DNA from: an uncultured Acidimicrobiales bacterium
GTDB lineage: Bacteria; Actinomycetota; Acidimicrobiia; Acidimicrobiales; Aldehydirespiratoraceae
NCBI GenBank assembly: GCA_958296055.1
Contig: CATQHS010000001.1
Coordinates: forward strand, 23,570 to 87,569
Direction of reading: 5' to 3'
Length of the DNA: 64,000 nt
Below, piece by piece: positions 1 to 9,119 of the stretch. The position numbers and the translations under genes are program-made. The notes beneath the pieces were generated by a model. That model was not told the origin of the DNA. It ran no database searches and saw nothing but the letters and a program-made list of their open reading frames with translations. How positions within the stretch are numbered: the stretch's first letter is position 1; each line of letters begins with the position of its first letter.

Positions 1-405
1 CTCGAGCTGGAGCTGGAAGAGCCTCACCATCTCGGTGGCCGGGCCGGCCGCGCCGGCTATGGCCACCCCCGAGTGGCGGTCGGCGGGGAAGACCTTCTCT
101 ATGGCGTGGTGGCTGATGAGGTTGCCCGAGGTGACCCGCCGGTCGCCGGCCATGATCACCCCGTCGGCGCAGCGGATGGCCAAACAGGTGGTGCCGTGGC
201 GGACCTCACCGCCGAGGAGCGAACCCTCCGCGCCCGTAAACGGGTTTTTCGCGCCCGGGAGCGAACCTCCCGCACCGGGGAGCGAACCTCCCGCGCCGGG
301 GAGCGGGCCGGGCAGCCCCACCGGCTCGGCCCGGCCGGTGCGGCGCAGCAGGGCGGCGAAATCCGGGCCGGGATCGTCGCCGGCGCCGAAGAGGGGGAGG
401 GTCAC
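1..405 (-). CDS. prcB: 20S proteasome beta subunit (5' part, runs off window)
   Basis: Not in the ORF track. GTG at 405 overlaps the pup stop (GTGA). Translation [20 protein letters not shown]...[30 protein letters not shown]...IEKVF has the HG-TT propeptide cleavage site and the AGDRR motif. Confidence 0.95.
   Translation of the reverse strand, partial: MTLPLFGAGDDPGPDFAALLRRTGRAEPVGLPGPLPGAGGSLPGAGGSLPGAKNPFTGAEGSLLGGEVRHGTTCLAIRCADGVIMAGDRRVTSGNLISHHAIEKVFPADRHSGVAIAGAAGPATEMVRLFQLQLE
216..305. repeat. 21-bp tandem repeat in the prcB propeptide (LPGAGGS units)
   Basis: gggagcgaacctcccgc(a/g)ccg at 257-277 and 278-298, with degenerate units at 216-256 and a partial unit at 299-305. Confidence 0.85.
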
Positions 406-593
406 TCGCCGCCCTTCTGTATGTAGCTCTTGACGAAGTCCTCGGCGTTGGCCTCCAGGACTTCGTCGATCTCGTCGAGCAGGTCGTCCAGCTCCGCCTT
501 GATCTCGCCGCCCTGGCCCGGGGCGGTCGCCTCTTCGGTGCGGGGGGCCTGCTTCTCAGGAGCGGGTTTGCGAATCTGGGATCGTTCGGCCAC
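402..593 (-). CDS. pup: Prokaryotic ubiquitin-like protein Pup
   Basis: 63 aa with [30 protein letters not shown]-terminus; lies between dop and prcB. Confidence 0.97.
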   Translation of the reverse strand: MAERSQIRKPAPEKQAPRTEEATAPGQGGEIKAELDDLLDEIDEVLEANAEDFVKSYIQKGGE

Positions 594-656
594 GGCCGGT
601 CACCTCTCCATTTCGGAAGTCACGGGGGATGTTCGCTGCACAGGCTGCGGGCGAGC

Positions 657-2165
657 CTAAGCGCCGAGCCGGCGCAGCAACTCGGCCACGGACGTGCAGT
701 CGTCGAACAAGGTACCGACGTGGTCGCGGGTGCCGCGCATCGGCTCCATCATCGGGACCCGGCGCAGCGTGTCGGCCCCCGCGTCGAACACGATGGAGTC
801 CCAGTTGGCCGCCACCACGTCGGAGGCGAAGCTCTGCAGGCACCGGCCCCGGAAGAAGGCCCGAGTGTCGGGGGGCGGGTCGCTGACCGCCCGGGCCGCC
901 TCGGCGTCGTCGACGATCCTCTCCAGACCGACCCGGCCGGCCAGCGACCGCTCCGGGCGCAGGTCGTGGTACTGGATGGCCATGGCCCGGAGGCGGTCGC
1001 TGGCCCATTCGAGCCCGTGGCGGCCGCGGTAGGCGTTCAGCAGGCGGTACTTGGCCACCCAGTCGAGCTGGTGGGCCAGCTCCATCGGGTCGTCCTCGAG
1101 CCCGGCCAGCACCGCCTCCCACCGGTCCAGAACCTCGTAGGCGGCGTCGCCGCCGGTGTTGGCCGCGCCGTTGGCCTCGACGTACTTGCGGCAGCAGCCC
1201 AGCAGCTCCCACTGGACCTCCAGGGCGGTGATGGTGCGGCCGTCGTCGAGCCGGAGCGGCTCGGACAGGGTCAGGTCCCGGCTGACCTGGCGCAGCGCCG
1301 CCACCGGCGCGGCGAAGCGCAGCTCCCGGGGCAGGGCGTCGTCCTCCACCAAGGCCAGGACGATCGCCGTGGTGCCGACCTTCAGGAAGGTGGCGGTCTG
1401 GGACATGTTGGCGTCGCCGACGATCACGTGGAGGCGGCGGTACTTGGCCGCGTCGGCGTGGGGCTCGTCCCGGGTGTTGACGATGGGGCGCTTCAGGGTG
1501 GTCTCCAAGCCGATCTCCTCCTCGAAGAAGTCGGCTCGCTGGGTGAGTTGGTAGGCGACGTCGTCGAGGCGCACTCCGGGGGCTTCGCTGCCCACCTTGC
1601 CCGCGCCGGTGTAGATCTGGCGGGTGACGAAGTGGGCGGTGGCCCAGGTGGCGATGCGGGAGAACGGGGTGGACCGGTCCACCAGGTAGTTCTCGTGGCA
1701 GCCGTAGCTGTTGCCCTTGCCGTCGGAGTTGTTCTTGTACAGCACGATGTCCTCGCCGTCGGGCAGCAGCGCCCGGGCCGCGTTCATGGAGGCCTGGGCG
1801 ATCAGCTCGGCGGCCCGGTCGTAGACCACCGCGGTGCGGGCGTCGGCGCACTCGGGGCCGGACAGCTCGGGGTGGGCGTGATCGACGTAGTAGCGGGCCC
1901 CGTTGGTCAGCACCGCGTTCACCAGGTGGGTCTCCACCTCGGGGGCCATGGCCCCGGCCGGGGTGAAGCCCCGGGCGTCGTTGCCGGGGGACTCGTCGAT
2001 GAAGTCCCACCCGACCGGGCCCGAGCCGGAGTCGGCCACGTGGTTGCAGCGGGCCAGATAGGCGTTTATCAGCAGGGAGGACGCGGCGATCGGGTTGGGC
2101 TCGTCGGCGCCGCGGTGGGCTATCCCGTACTCGGTCTCGATGCCCAGCGTCTTGGGGATGGCCAT
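657..2165 (-). CDS. dop: Pup deamidase/depupylase Dop
   Basis: GIETEYGI, NGARYYVDHAHPE, KNNSDGKGNSYGCHENY, RDEPHAD and AANWDSIVFD motifs; immediately upstream of pup. Confidence 0.95.
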   Translation of the reverse strand: MAIPKTLGIETEYGIAHRGADEPNPIAASSLLINAYLARCNHVADSGSGPVGWDFIDESPGNDARGFTPAGAMAPEVETHLVNAVLTNGARYYVDHAHPELSGPECADARTAVVYDRAAELIAQASMNAARALLPDGEDIVLYKNNSDGKGNSYGCHENYLVDRSTPFSRIATWATAHFVTRQIYTGAGKVGSEAPGVRLDDVAYQLTQRADFFEEEIGLETTLKRPIVNTRDEPHADAAKYRRLHVIVGDANMSQTATFLKVGTTAIVLALVEDDALPRELRFAAPVAALRQVSRDLTLSEPLRLDDGRTITALEVQWELLGCCRKYVEANGAANTGGDAAYEVLDRWEAVLAGLEDDPMELAHQLDWVAKYRLLNAYRGRHGLEWASDRLRAMAIQYHDLRPERSLAGRVGLERIVDDAEAARAVSDPPPDTRAFFRGRCLQSFASDVVAANWDSIVFDAGADTLRRVPMMEPMRGTRDHVGTLFDDCTSVAELLRRLGA

Positions 2166-2223
2166 CGGCCGGACCCTATCGTGGCCGGTCCGTCGCCACC
2201 GGCTTCACCGGGACCCGCCCCGG

Positions 2224-3012
2224 TCAGAGGATCTGGGACAGGAACTGCTTGGTCCGGTCCTCGGCGGGGCTGGTGAAGAAGTGCTCGGGCGTGCCGGTCT
2301 CCACGATCTGGCCCTCCTCCATGAACACGACCCGGTCGGCCACCTCCCGGGCGAAGCCCATCTCGTGGGTGACCACCATCATGGTCATGCCCGAGCGGGC
2401 CAGCCCCTTCATGACGTCGAGCACTTCCTTGATCATCTCGGGGTCCAGGGCCGAGGTGGGCTCGTCGAAGAGCATGACCCGGGGGTCCATGGCCAGGGCC
2501 CGGGCGATGGCCACCCGCTGCTGCTGGCCGCCCGAGAGCTGGCCGGGGTACTTTTCGGCCTGCTCGGGGATCCCGACCCGCTCCAGCAGGGCCCGGGCCG
2601 CCGCCTCGGCCTCCCGGCGGGGCTTCTTGCGCACCCATATGGGGGCCAGGGTGATGTTGCCGAGCACGGTCAGGTGCGGAAACAGGTTGAACTGCTGGAA
2701 GACCATGCCCACCTCGGACCGGATCTGTTCGATGTTGCGCAGGTCGTTGGTGAGCTCCACCCCGTCCACGACGATGCGGCCCTCCTGGTGGTGCTCCAAG
2801 TGGTTGATGCAGCGGATCCAGGTGGACTTGCCCGAGCCGGACGGCCCCAGCACCACCACCACCTCCCGCTCGGCGATGGTGGCCGTGATCCCGTCGAGGG
2901 CCTGGAAGTCGCCGAACCACTTGCTCACGCCCTCGCAGACGATCATGTCGGCCCTGGCGTGGGCCCCGGTGTCGGCGCCGGCGGCGCCGCCGGCGGTGTC
3001 GGCGGCGGTCAT
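2224..3012 (-). CDS. aapP: Amino-acid ABC transporter ATP-binding protein (AapP/GlnQ family)
   Basis: GPSGSGKS Walker A, LSGGQQQR signature, [26 protein letters not shown]. Confidence 0.93.
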   Translation of the reverse strand: MTAADTAGGAAGADTGAHARADMIVCEGVSKWFGDFQALDGITATIAEREVVVVLGPSGSGKSTWIRCINHLEHHQEGRIVVDGVELTNDLRNIEQIRSEVGMVFQQFNLFPHLTVLGNITLAPIWVRKKPRREAEAAARALLERVGIPEQAEKYPGQLSGGQQQRVAIARALAMDPRVMLFDEPTSALDPEMIKEVLDVMKGLARSGMTMMVVTHEMGFAREVADRVVFMEEGQIVETGTPEHFFTSPAEDRTKQFLSQIL

Positions 3013-3028
3013 GGTTGCCCTCCCGCGG

Positions 3029-4960
3029 TCATCTCTCCCCCACCCCGAGCCGGCGCTCCAGGCGCTGGCTGTACTTCGACATGGAGAAGGCGAAGATCCA
3101 GTAGACGATGGACACGAACAGCAGGCCCTCCCGCTTCACCCCCAGGAACTCCGACTGGCTGGGGATGGCCCGGTTGGCCAGGAACAGGAAGTCGAAGATG
3201 CCGATGACGGCCAGCAGCGAGGTTTCCTTGAAGGTGGAGATGACCTGGCCCACCAGCGGCGGGATCGACACCCGCAGACCCTGGGGCAGCACGATGAACA
3301 TGGTCCGCTGGACGGTGGTCAGCCCCACCGCGTCGGAGGCCTCGTACTGGCTGCGGCCCACGGCCTGCAGGCCGCCCCGCACGTTCTCGGCCAGGTAGGC
3401 GGCGGCGAACAGCGAGAAGCCCACCGTCACCGCGGCCACCGAGCCCAGCTCCATGTTTTGGGGCAGGAACAGGTTCAACATGTTGGCGAAGAAGAAGAGC
3501 ACGGTGATGAGGGGGATGCCCCGCATCGCCTCTATGTAGGCGGTGGACAGCACCCTGAAGATGGGCAGCTTCGAGGTGCGGCCCAGCGCCAGCAGCACGC
3601 CCAAGGGGAACGAGAAGATCAGGGTGAAGACGGCCACGAACAAGGTGACGCTGAACCCGCCCAGAAACTCCGAGGTCGGGGTGTTGAGGGTGGACTCGGT
3701 GTTGGCCATCGTCACCAGGTACTGGACCACGGTCATGGCCCCGGCCCAGCCCCAGACCAGGCGGAGCCGCTGGGCCCGCTCGCCGGTGAAGTTGGGGGCC
3801 AGCAGGGCGGCCAGGGCCAGCAGCAGGAACCCGAAGCGGGCCTTCTGGAGCATCGGGTACCAGCCCGCGAAGGCGGCCACCCAGTTGAACCCGGCGAAGG
3901 CCAGCAACCCCACCGCGATGACCCGGCCGACCTCGCCTATCCCGGGCCGGGTCAGCCCGTAGAGCACGGCTCCGCCCCCGATCACGAAGCCGGCGGCCAT
4001 GGGCAGGTCGGTGGACCAGACGTGGGCCCAGTCGATGGCCGGGTCCCGCAGCACCACCCAGAACAGGATGAAGGGGCTGAGCAGCCAGGCCAGGTTGACC
4101 AGAACCTTGAGGCGGCCCTCCGCCGGGGTGCCCCGGCCCTGCCGCCCGGCCGCCCAGCTCGCCATCAGCAGCAGCCACATGACGGTCCAGGGCAGCTTGG
4201 TGGACAGGGCCGCGGTGCGGTCCGGCTCGTACACGAATTCGTTGCCGGTGAAGGCGTAGTGGCCCCACCGGTAGAGCCAGAGAGTGGCCACGACCACCCC
4301 CAGGGACCCGAAGACGAGCGGAATGGTCGGCACGTAGGTGTGGCGCCGGCGCTCGTCCTCGAACCCGCGCCACAGGCCGGCCCCGACGCCGAACAGGACG
4401 GCGGCGGCCAGCCACCACCAGATGCGGTCGCCCATGGCCGCGCCGAACGACTGGCGGATCACCTCCCCGGCGGCGTCGCGCATCGGGTCGCCGTCGGGAC
4501 CGGACACCGCCGACGGCTCGCGCAGCACGACGCCGAGGGCGATGAGGCCGCCCGCGGTCATCGACCACATGGCCACCCGGGCCACCGGCACGCCCGACAG
4601 CCGGGCCCACAGGCCCAGCGACAGCCCGGACAGGGCGACGACGATTCCCACCGACACCCAAACCCGGATGTACTGGTCCTCCGGGTAGGCCTGGGTGAAC
4701 AGCAGGCGCAGGTTGACCCGCACCGCGTCCCAGTTGCGCTCCTCGCTGAAGGCGAAGTTCAGCAGGCCCCGCAGCCCGGCCAGGGCCACGACCGTGAACA
4801 CCAGGGTCAGCACCGTGTTGAAGGGGCTCGAGAACAGGTTCTTGCGCAGCCACTCCCCTACCGGCAGGCTCGGCTCATCCGGCGGCGCCGAGTCGACCGC
4901 GGCGGTGAGGCTGAACCCCTCGGGGTCGTGGCGCTCGAGCCCGAAATGCGGATCAGCCAT
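3029..4960 (-). CDS. aapM: Amino-acid ABC transporter permease (AapM/BztC-like, elongated)
   Basis: [17 protein letters not shown]-terminus, [27 protein letters not shown] loop, FKETSL. Confidence 0.9.
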   Translation of the reverse strand: MADPHFGLERHDPEGFSLTAAVDSAPPDEPSLPVGEWLRKNLFSSPFNTVLTLVFTVVALAGLRGLLNFAFSEERNWDAVRVNLRLLFTQAYPEDQYIRVWVSVGIVVALSGLSLGLWARLSGVPVARVAMWSMTAGGLIALGVVLREPSAVSGPDGDPMRDAAGEVIRQSFGAAMGDRIWWWLAAAVLFGVGAGLWRGFEDERRRHTYVPTIPLVFGSLGVVVATLWLYRWGHYAFTGNEFVYEPDRTAALSTKLPWTVMWLLLMASWAAGRQGRGTPAEGRLKVLVNLAWLLSPFILFWVVLRDPAIDWAHVWSTDLPMAAGFVIGGGAVLYGLTRPGIGEVGRVIAVGLLAFAGFNWVAAFAGWYPMLQKARFGFLLLALAALLAPNFTGERAQRLRLVWGWAGAMTVVQYLVTMANTESTLNTPTSEFLGGFSVTLFVAVFTLIFSFPLGVLLALGRTSKLPIFRVLSTAYIEAMRGIPLITVLFFFANMLNLFLPQNMELGSVAAVTVGFSLFAAAYLAENVRGGLQAVGRSQYEASDAVGLTTVQRTMFIVLPQGLRVSIPPLVGQVISTFKETSLLAVIGIFDFLFLANRAIPSQSEFLGVKREGLLFVSIVYWIFAFSMSKYSQRLERRLGVGER

Positions 4961-4969
4961 CTCAGCTCC

Positions 4970-5060
4970 CCGCCGTCGCCGCGCTGGGCTGGCTCTGTAG
5001 TTCGAGCCCCATCAACGCCGCCGCCGCGCTGGGCCGGCTCTGTGGTTCAAGCCCCATCAG
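4970..5060. repeat. 45-bp tandem direct repeat between the two permease genes
   Basis: cgccg(t/c)cgccgcgctgggc(t/c)ggctctgt(a/g)gttc(g/a)agccccatca occurs twice; encodes linker ORF 5057..4962. Confidence 0.85.
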
Positions 5061-6592
5061 CGCTCCACCAGCCTCAGGCGGACGTTGAAGAAGTTGACGA
5101 TCGCGGAGATGGACAGCGAGCAGGCCAGGTAGAACAGCATCCAGATCGAGAAGATCTCGATCGACTTGCCGGTCTGGGAGAACAGCGTCTGGCCCACCTG
5201 CACCAGGTCGCTGTAGCCGACGGCGATGGCCAGCGAGGTGTTCTTGGTCAGGTTCAGGTACTGGTTTCCCAGGGGCGGCATGATGATCCGGAAGGCCTGG
5301 GGCAGGATGACCCGGCGCAGCATGGTCACCCGGCGGAGGCCGACGGCCTGGGCCGCCTCGGTCTGACCCCGGGGCACGGCCAGGATGCCGCCGCGGACTA
5401 TCTCGGCGATGAAGGCGGCCGTGTAGAGGACCACGCCGAAGTACACCGCGGCCATGCCCTGGGTGAAGTTGAGCCCGGCCGGGCCGTAGTTGGGGAAGTT
5501 GCCGAGCTTTTGGATGTCGGGCCGATGGCCGTCGATGGGCGGGCCGCTTCGGCCGTTGCCGAACTTGTCGCTCACCACCTCGAACAGATCCCGGCCCGAG
5601 TTGACCACCCAGCTCGCCAGCCCGGGCCAGACCACGAAGACGGTGACGATGACGAGGCCGGCGCCGACGCCGGCGAAGATCATCCTGAAGTAGTCGTCGT
5701 CGGTCAGCTTGGCCAGGCCGGCCGGGGTGCGGTGAGAGTCGACGAAGCGCTTGATCCACCATCCGGCCGCGGCCAGCGCGCCCAGCGAGATGGCCGCTTG
5801 GACCGCCCCGGGCGGCACCGCCCCCACCGCGTCGGCCACGACGGCGAAGACGGGGCCCAGCCACCCGAAGACGGGGTGGAGCCACCAGCCGGCCATCCCG
5901 AAGGCGGCCACCACCGCTAGCAGCCACAGCACCGGGTAGGCGTCGCGACCGGTGAGCTCCTGGCTGCGCCGCCGCCGCCGGGCCACGTACCGCCCGACCA
6001 CCGCCCCGATGCCCAAAAAGACCAGCCACTGGTAGAAGCCGTCGCCGGGGAAGACCCGGGGGACCGACAGGCCCTTGTTGGAGAGGTGGATCCAGCCGTG
6101 GATCGGGCCCTGGTCCTCGACCGCCCGGGGCAGCGCGGCGATCACCGCGAAGATGAGGAATATCTGCACCAGCAGCGGGACGTTGCGCACCAGCTCGATG
6201 TAGAGGCTGGAGAGCTTGGACACGATCCAGTTGCCCGACAGCCGGCCCACGCCGACGATCACCCCCAGCGCGGTGGCCGCCATGATCCCGGCGATGGCCA
6301 GCCGGATGGTGTTGACCATGCCCACCCACAGGGCCCGGCCCCCGGTGGCGGGGTCGGTGTCGATCCCCTCGGACAGGTCGAGGCCCGGGTTGACCCCCAA
6401 GAATTCGTACCCGGTGGAGATGTTCTTGGCCGCTAGCTCCTGCCCGGCCCGGGTGGTCAAGAAGAACAGGGCCGCCAGCACCAGCAGCAGCGTCGCCACC
6501 TGGGTGAGCCACTTGACGACGACCGCGTCGCGATAGAACGGCGGGCGCTGGGACTGCGTGGCCGCGAGCGTCGGGCTCGAGCTGTCAGACAC
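5057..6592 (-). CDS. aapQ: Amino-acid ABC transporter permease (AapQ/BztB-like)
   Basis: RALWVGMVNT, RNVPLLVQI, AFIAEIVRGGILAVPRGQTEAA, NQYLNLTKNTSLAIAVGY. Confidence 0.92.
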   Translation of the reverse strand: MSDSSSPTLAATQSQRPPFYRDAVVVKWLTQVATLLLVLAALFFLTTRAGQELAAKNISTGYEFLGVNPGLDLSEGIDTDPATGGRALWVGMVNTIRLAIAGIMAATALGVIVGVGRLSGNWIVSKLSSLYIELVRNVPLLVQIFLIFAVIAALPRAVEDQGPIHGWIHLSNKGLSVPRVFPGDGFYQWLVFLGIGAVVGRYVARRRRRSQELTGRDAYPVLWLLAVVAAFGMAGWWLHPVFGWLGPVFAVVADAVGAVPPGAVQAAISLGALAAAGWWIKRFVDSHRTPAGLAKLTDDDYFRMIFAGVGAGLVIVTVFVVWPGLASWVVNSGRDLFEVVSDKFGNGRSGPPIDGHRPDIQKLGNFPNYGPAGLNFTQGMAAVYFGVVLYTAAFIAEIVRGGILAVPRGQTEAAQAVGLRRVTMLRRVILPQAFRIIMPPLGNQYLNLTKNTSLAIAVGYSDLVQVGQTLFSQTGKSIEIFSIWMLFYLACSLSISAIVNFFNVRLRLVER

Positions 6593-6615
6593 TCGGCGTC
6601 CCCCGGATCTCCCGG

Positions 6616-6655
6616 TCGGGCGGCGGCCCGGGGAAGCCCCCGGGCCGCCGCCCGA
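6616..6655 (-). terminator. Perfect 18-bp GC-rich hairpin after the binding-protein gene (terminator or mRNA-stabilising stem)
   Basis: tcgggcggcggcccgggg-aagc-ccccgggccgccgcccga is an exact inverted repeat; this position between SBP and permease genes is typical. Confidence 0.8.
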
Positions 6656-6693
6656 TGCCGGTCAGTTCTGGTGCGGGCGGGACCGGGCCCCGA

Positions 6694-7833
6694 TCAGCGG
6701 GCCGGCGGCGCGTAGATGAGGCCGCCGTCCTGCCAGCCGGCGTTGGCCGAACCCTCTCGGGTGAGGCCCACCGGCCCCAGGTTGCGCTCGTAGATGTCGT
6801 TGTAGTTGCCGACCTGCTTGATGACCTGCATGAAGGCGTCGGCGTCTAGGCCCATGACGGACTGGAGCTCGCCCTCGCCGCCGAGCAGGCGGCCCGCCTC
6901 GGCGTCGGGCGGGTTGGCGGCCATGGCGTCCACGTTGGCCAGGGTGATGCCCTTCTCGTCGGCGATGATGGTGGCGTAGACGGCCCAGTTGACCACGTCG
7001 GCGAAGGCCGAGTCGTTCTGGCCGTAGGTCGGGCCCAGGGGCTCCTTGGAGATGGGGGTGGCCGGGAAGATCACCCAATCCTGATCGTCGGGCTCCTGGT
7101 TGGCCTTGCGGCCCACCAGCCCCGAGCCGTCGGTGGTGATGATGTCGCAGGCGCCGCTGATGAAGTTGTCGGTGACGATGTCGAAGTCCTCGAAGGTGTT
7201 GAGGGTGATGTCCACCCCCGCCGCTTCGGACGCGTCGGCGATGTTCTTCTCAGTGGTGGTGCCGGCGTTGGTGCACACCACCGCGCCGGCTATGTCGCTT
7301 ACGCCTGAAGAGTTGGAGTACCCGTCGGAGACCCGGGCCATGAGCTGCTGGCCGTCGTAGTAGGTGGTGGGGCCGAAGTCCATGCCCACGTCGGTGTCGC
7401 GGGACTGGGTCCAAGTGGTGTTGCGCATGAGCAGGTCCACCTGGCCGGTCTGCACCGCGGTGAAGCGCTCGGCCGCGGTGAGCGGCACGAAGTTCACCGC
7501 GTCAGCGTCGCCGAAGATGGCCGCCGCCACCACCCGGCAGTAGTCGGCGTCGAAGCCCTGCTGGGAGCCGTCGGGCTGGGTCATGGAGAAGGCGACGGCC
7601 GCGCCGGACACGCCGCAGTTCAGCGTCCCGCGGTTCTGGATCGTGCCCAACAGGTCGCCGCCCTGGGTGGTCTCGACGGTGTCGGTGGCCGGCTCGGGCG
7701 CAGCAGCGGCAGCGGTGGTGGTGGCGACGGGCTCGGCCGCCGGATCATCGCCGTCGTCTCCGCCGCAGGCCGCCGCTACCAACGTGACGGTGAGCAGCGC
7801 GGCTACCAACCGCAGAATGCTCGTCTTGGTCAT
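6694..7833 (-). CDS. aapJ: Amino-acid ABC transporter substrate-binding lipoprotein (AapJ-like), paralog 1
   Basis: Lipobox VAAAC, RGTLNCGV, GFDADYCR, LLMRNTTWT, ISKEPLGP, VGNYNDIYERN, GLIYAPPAR; SD GAGGAGG upstream. Confidence 0.93.
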   Translation of the reverse strand: MTKTSILRLVAALLTVTLVAAACGGDDGDDPAAEPVATTTAAAAAPEPATDTVETTQGGDLLGTIQNRGTLNCGVSGAAVAFSMTQPDGSQQGFDADYCRVVAAAIFGDADAVNFVPLTAAERFTAVQTGQVDLLMRNTTWTQSRDTDVGMDFGPTTYYDGQQLMARVSDGYSNSSGVSDIAGAVVCTNAGTTTEKNIADASEAAGVDITLNTFEDFDIVTDNFISGACDIITTDGSGLVGRKANQEPDDQDWVIFPATPISKEPLGPTYGQNDSAFADVVNWAVYATIIADEKGITLANVDAMAANPPDAEAGRLLGGEGELQSVMGLDADAFMQVIKQVGNYNDIYERNLGPVGLTREGSANAGWQDGGLIYAPPAR

Positions 7834-7987
7834 TGCTCGGTTCCTCCTCGGATATCGCTCGGTCTCGAGCGGGGAGTGACGCCCGGTTGTCTGTGTAATG
7901 GGTACGTCAGCCCGGCGGCGAAGTCTAACAGCCGGCGGCGCGTGTAGCCAGTGGGCCTGCCCGTTGGATATCCAGCGGTGCGGATGT

Positions 7988-9109
7988 CTAGCGGGCCGGC
8001 GGTGCGTATATCAGGCCACCGTCGAGCCAGCTCGCGTTGGCCGAGCCGGCCCGGACGAGCCCGACGGGAACCAGATGGCGCTCCCATATGTCGTTGTAGT
8101 TGCCGACCTGCTTGATGGCCTGGAAGAAGGCGTCGGGGTCCAGGCCCATGGCTGACTGGAGCTCGCCCTCGCCGCCGAGCAGGCGGGCGGTCTCGGCGTC
8201 GGGCGGGTTGGCGGCCATGGCGTCCACGTTGGCCTGGGTGATGCCTTTTTCGTCGGCGGTGATGGTGGCGTAGACGGCCCAGTTGACCGCGTCGGCGAAG
8301 GCCGAGTCGTTCTGGATGTACATGGGGCCCAGGGGCTCCTTGGAGATGGGGGCGGCCGGGAAGATCACCCACTCTTGGTCGTCCGGCTGCATGGTGTTGC
8401 GCCGCCCCACCAGCCCCGAGCCGTCGGTGGTGAGCACGTCGCAGGCGCCGTCGATGAAGTTCTGGGTGACGATGTCGAGATCTTGGAAGGTGTTGAGGGT
8501 GATGGTCACCCCGGCGTCAGCGGCCGCGTCGGCGATGTTCTTCTCGGTGGTGGTGCCGGCGTTGGCGCACACCACCGCGCCGTCTAGGTCGGCCACGGTG
8601 GAGGCGGCCGAGTAGCCGTCGGCGGTCCGGGCCATGAGCTGCTGGCCGTCGTAGTAGGTGACCGGGCCGAAGTCCATGCCCACGTCGGTGTCGCGGGACT
8701 GGGTGTGGGTGCTGTTGCGCATGAGCAGGTCCACCTCGCCGGTCTGCACGGCCACGAACCGCTCGGCTGCGGTAAGCGGCACGAAGTTCACCGCGCCGGC
8801 GTTGCCGAGGACGGCCGCCGCCACCACCCGGCAGTAGTCGGCGTCGAACCCCTTCTGAGAGCCGTCGGGCCGGGTCTCGGAGAAGGCGACGGCCACTCCG
8901 GACACGCCGCAGTTCAGCACCCCGCGGCTCTGGACGGCGCCCAGCAGGCCGCCGCCCCCGACGGCCTCGACGGTGTCGACGGGGGCCGCGGTGGTTTCGA
9001 CCGGGGCGCCGTCGCCGCCGGCCTGCTCCTCGCCCTCGTCGCCGGCGCAGGCCGCGGCGGTCAGCGCGACGGCGGCCAGCACCGCCGCGGCGATTATCGG
9101 CCGGCCCAC
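7988..9109 (-). CDS. aapJ: Amino-acid ABC transporter substrate-binding lipoprotein (AapJ-like), paralog 2
   Basis: Lipobox TAAAC and the same motifs as paralog 1; starts 10 bp after the arc stop. Confidence 0.92.
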   Translation of the reverse strand: MGRPIIAAAVLAAVALTAAACAGDEGEEQAGGDGAPVETTAAPVDTVEAVGGGGLLGAVQSRGVLNCGVSGVAVAFSETRPDGSQKGFDADYCRVVAAAVLGNAGAVNFVPLTAAERFVAVQTGEVDLLMRNSTHTQSRDTDVGMDFGPVTYYDGQQLMARTADGYSAASTVADLDGAVVCANAGTTTEKNIADAAADAGVTITLNTFQDLDIVTQNFIDGACDVLTTDGSGLVGRRNTMQPDDQEWVIFPAAPISKEPLGPMYIQNDSAFADAVNWAVYATITADEKGITQANVDAMAANPPDAETARLLGGEGELQSAMGLDPDAFFQAIKQVGNYNDIWERHLVPVGLVRAGSANASWLDGGLIYAPPAR

Positions 9110-9119
9110 GCCAATCGCC

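Noticed and set aside
402-2165. Pup ending in GGE although Dop is present
   Set aside because: Known situation; Dop then acts as depupylase.
4970-5060. Possible mini-CRISPR
   Set aside because: Two adjacent repeat units, no unique spacers, no cas genes.
2249-5920. 1223-aa plus-strand ORF
   Set aside because: Antisense shadow of the ABC transporter genes; expected in high-GC DNA and has no motifs.
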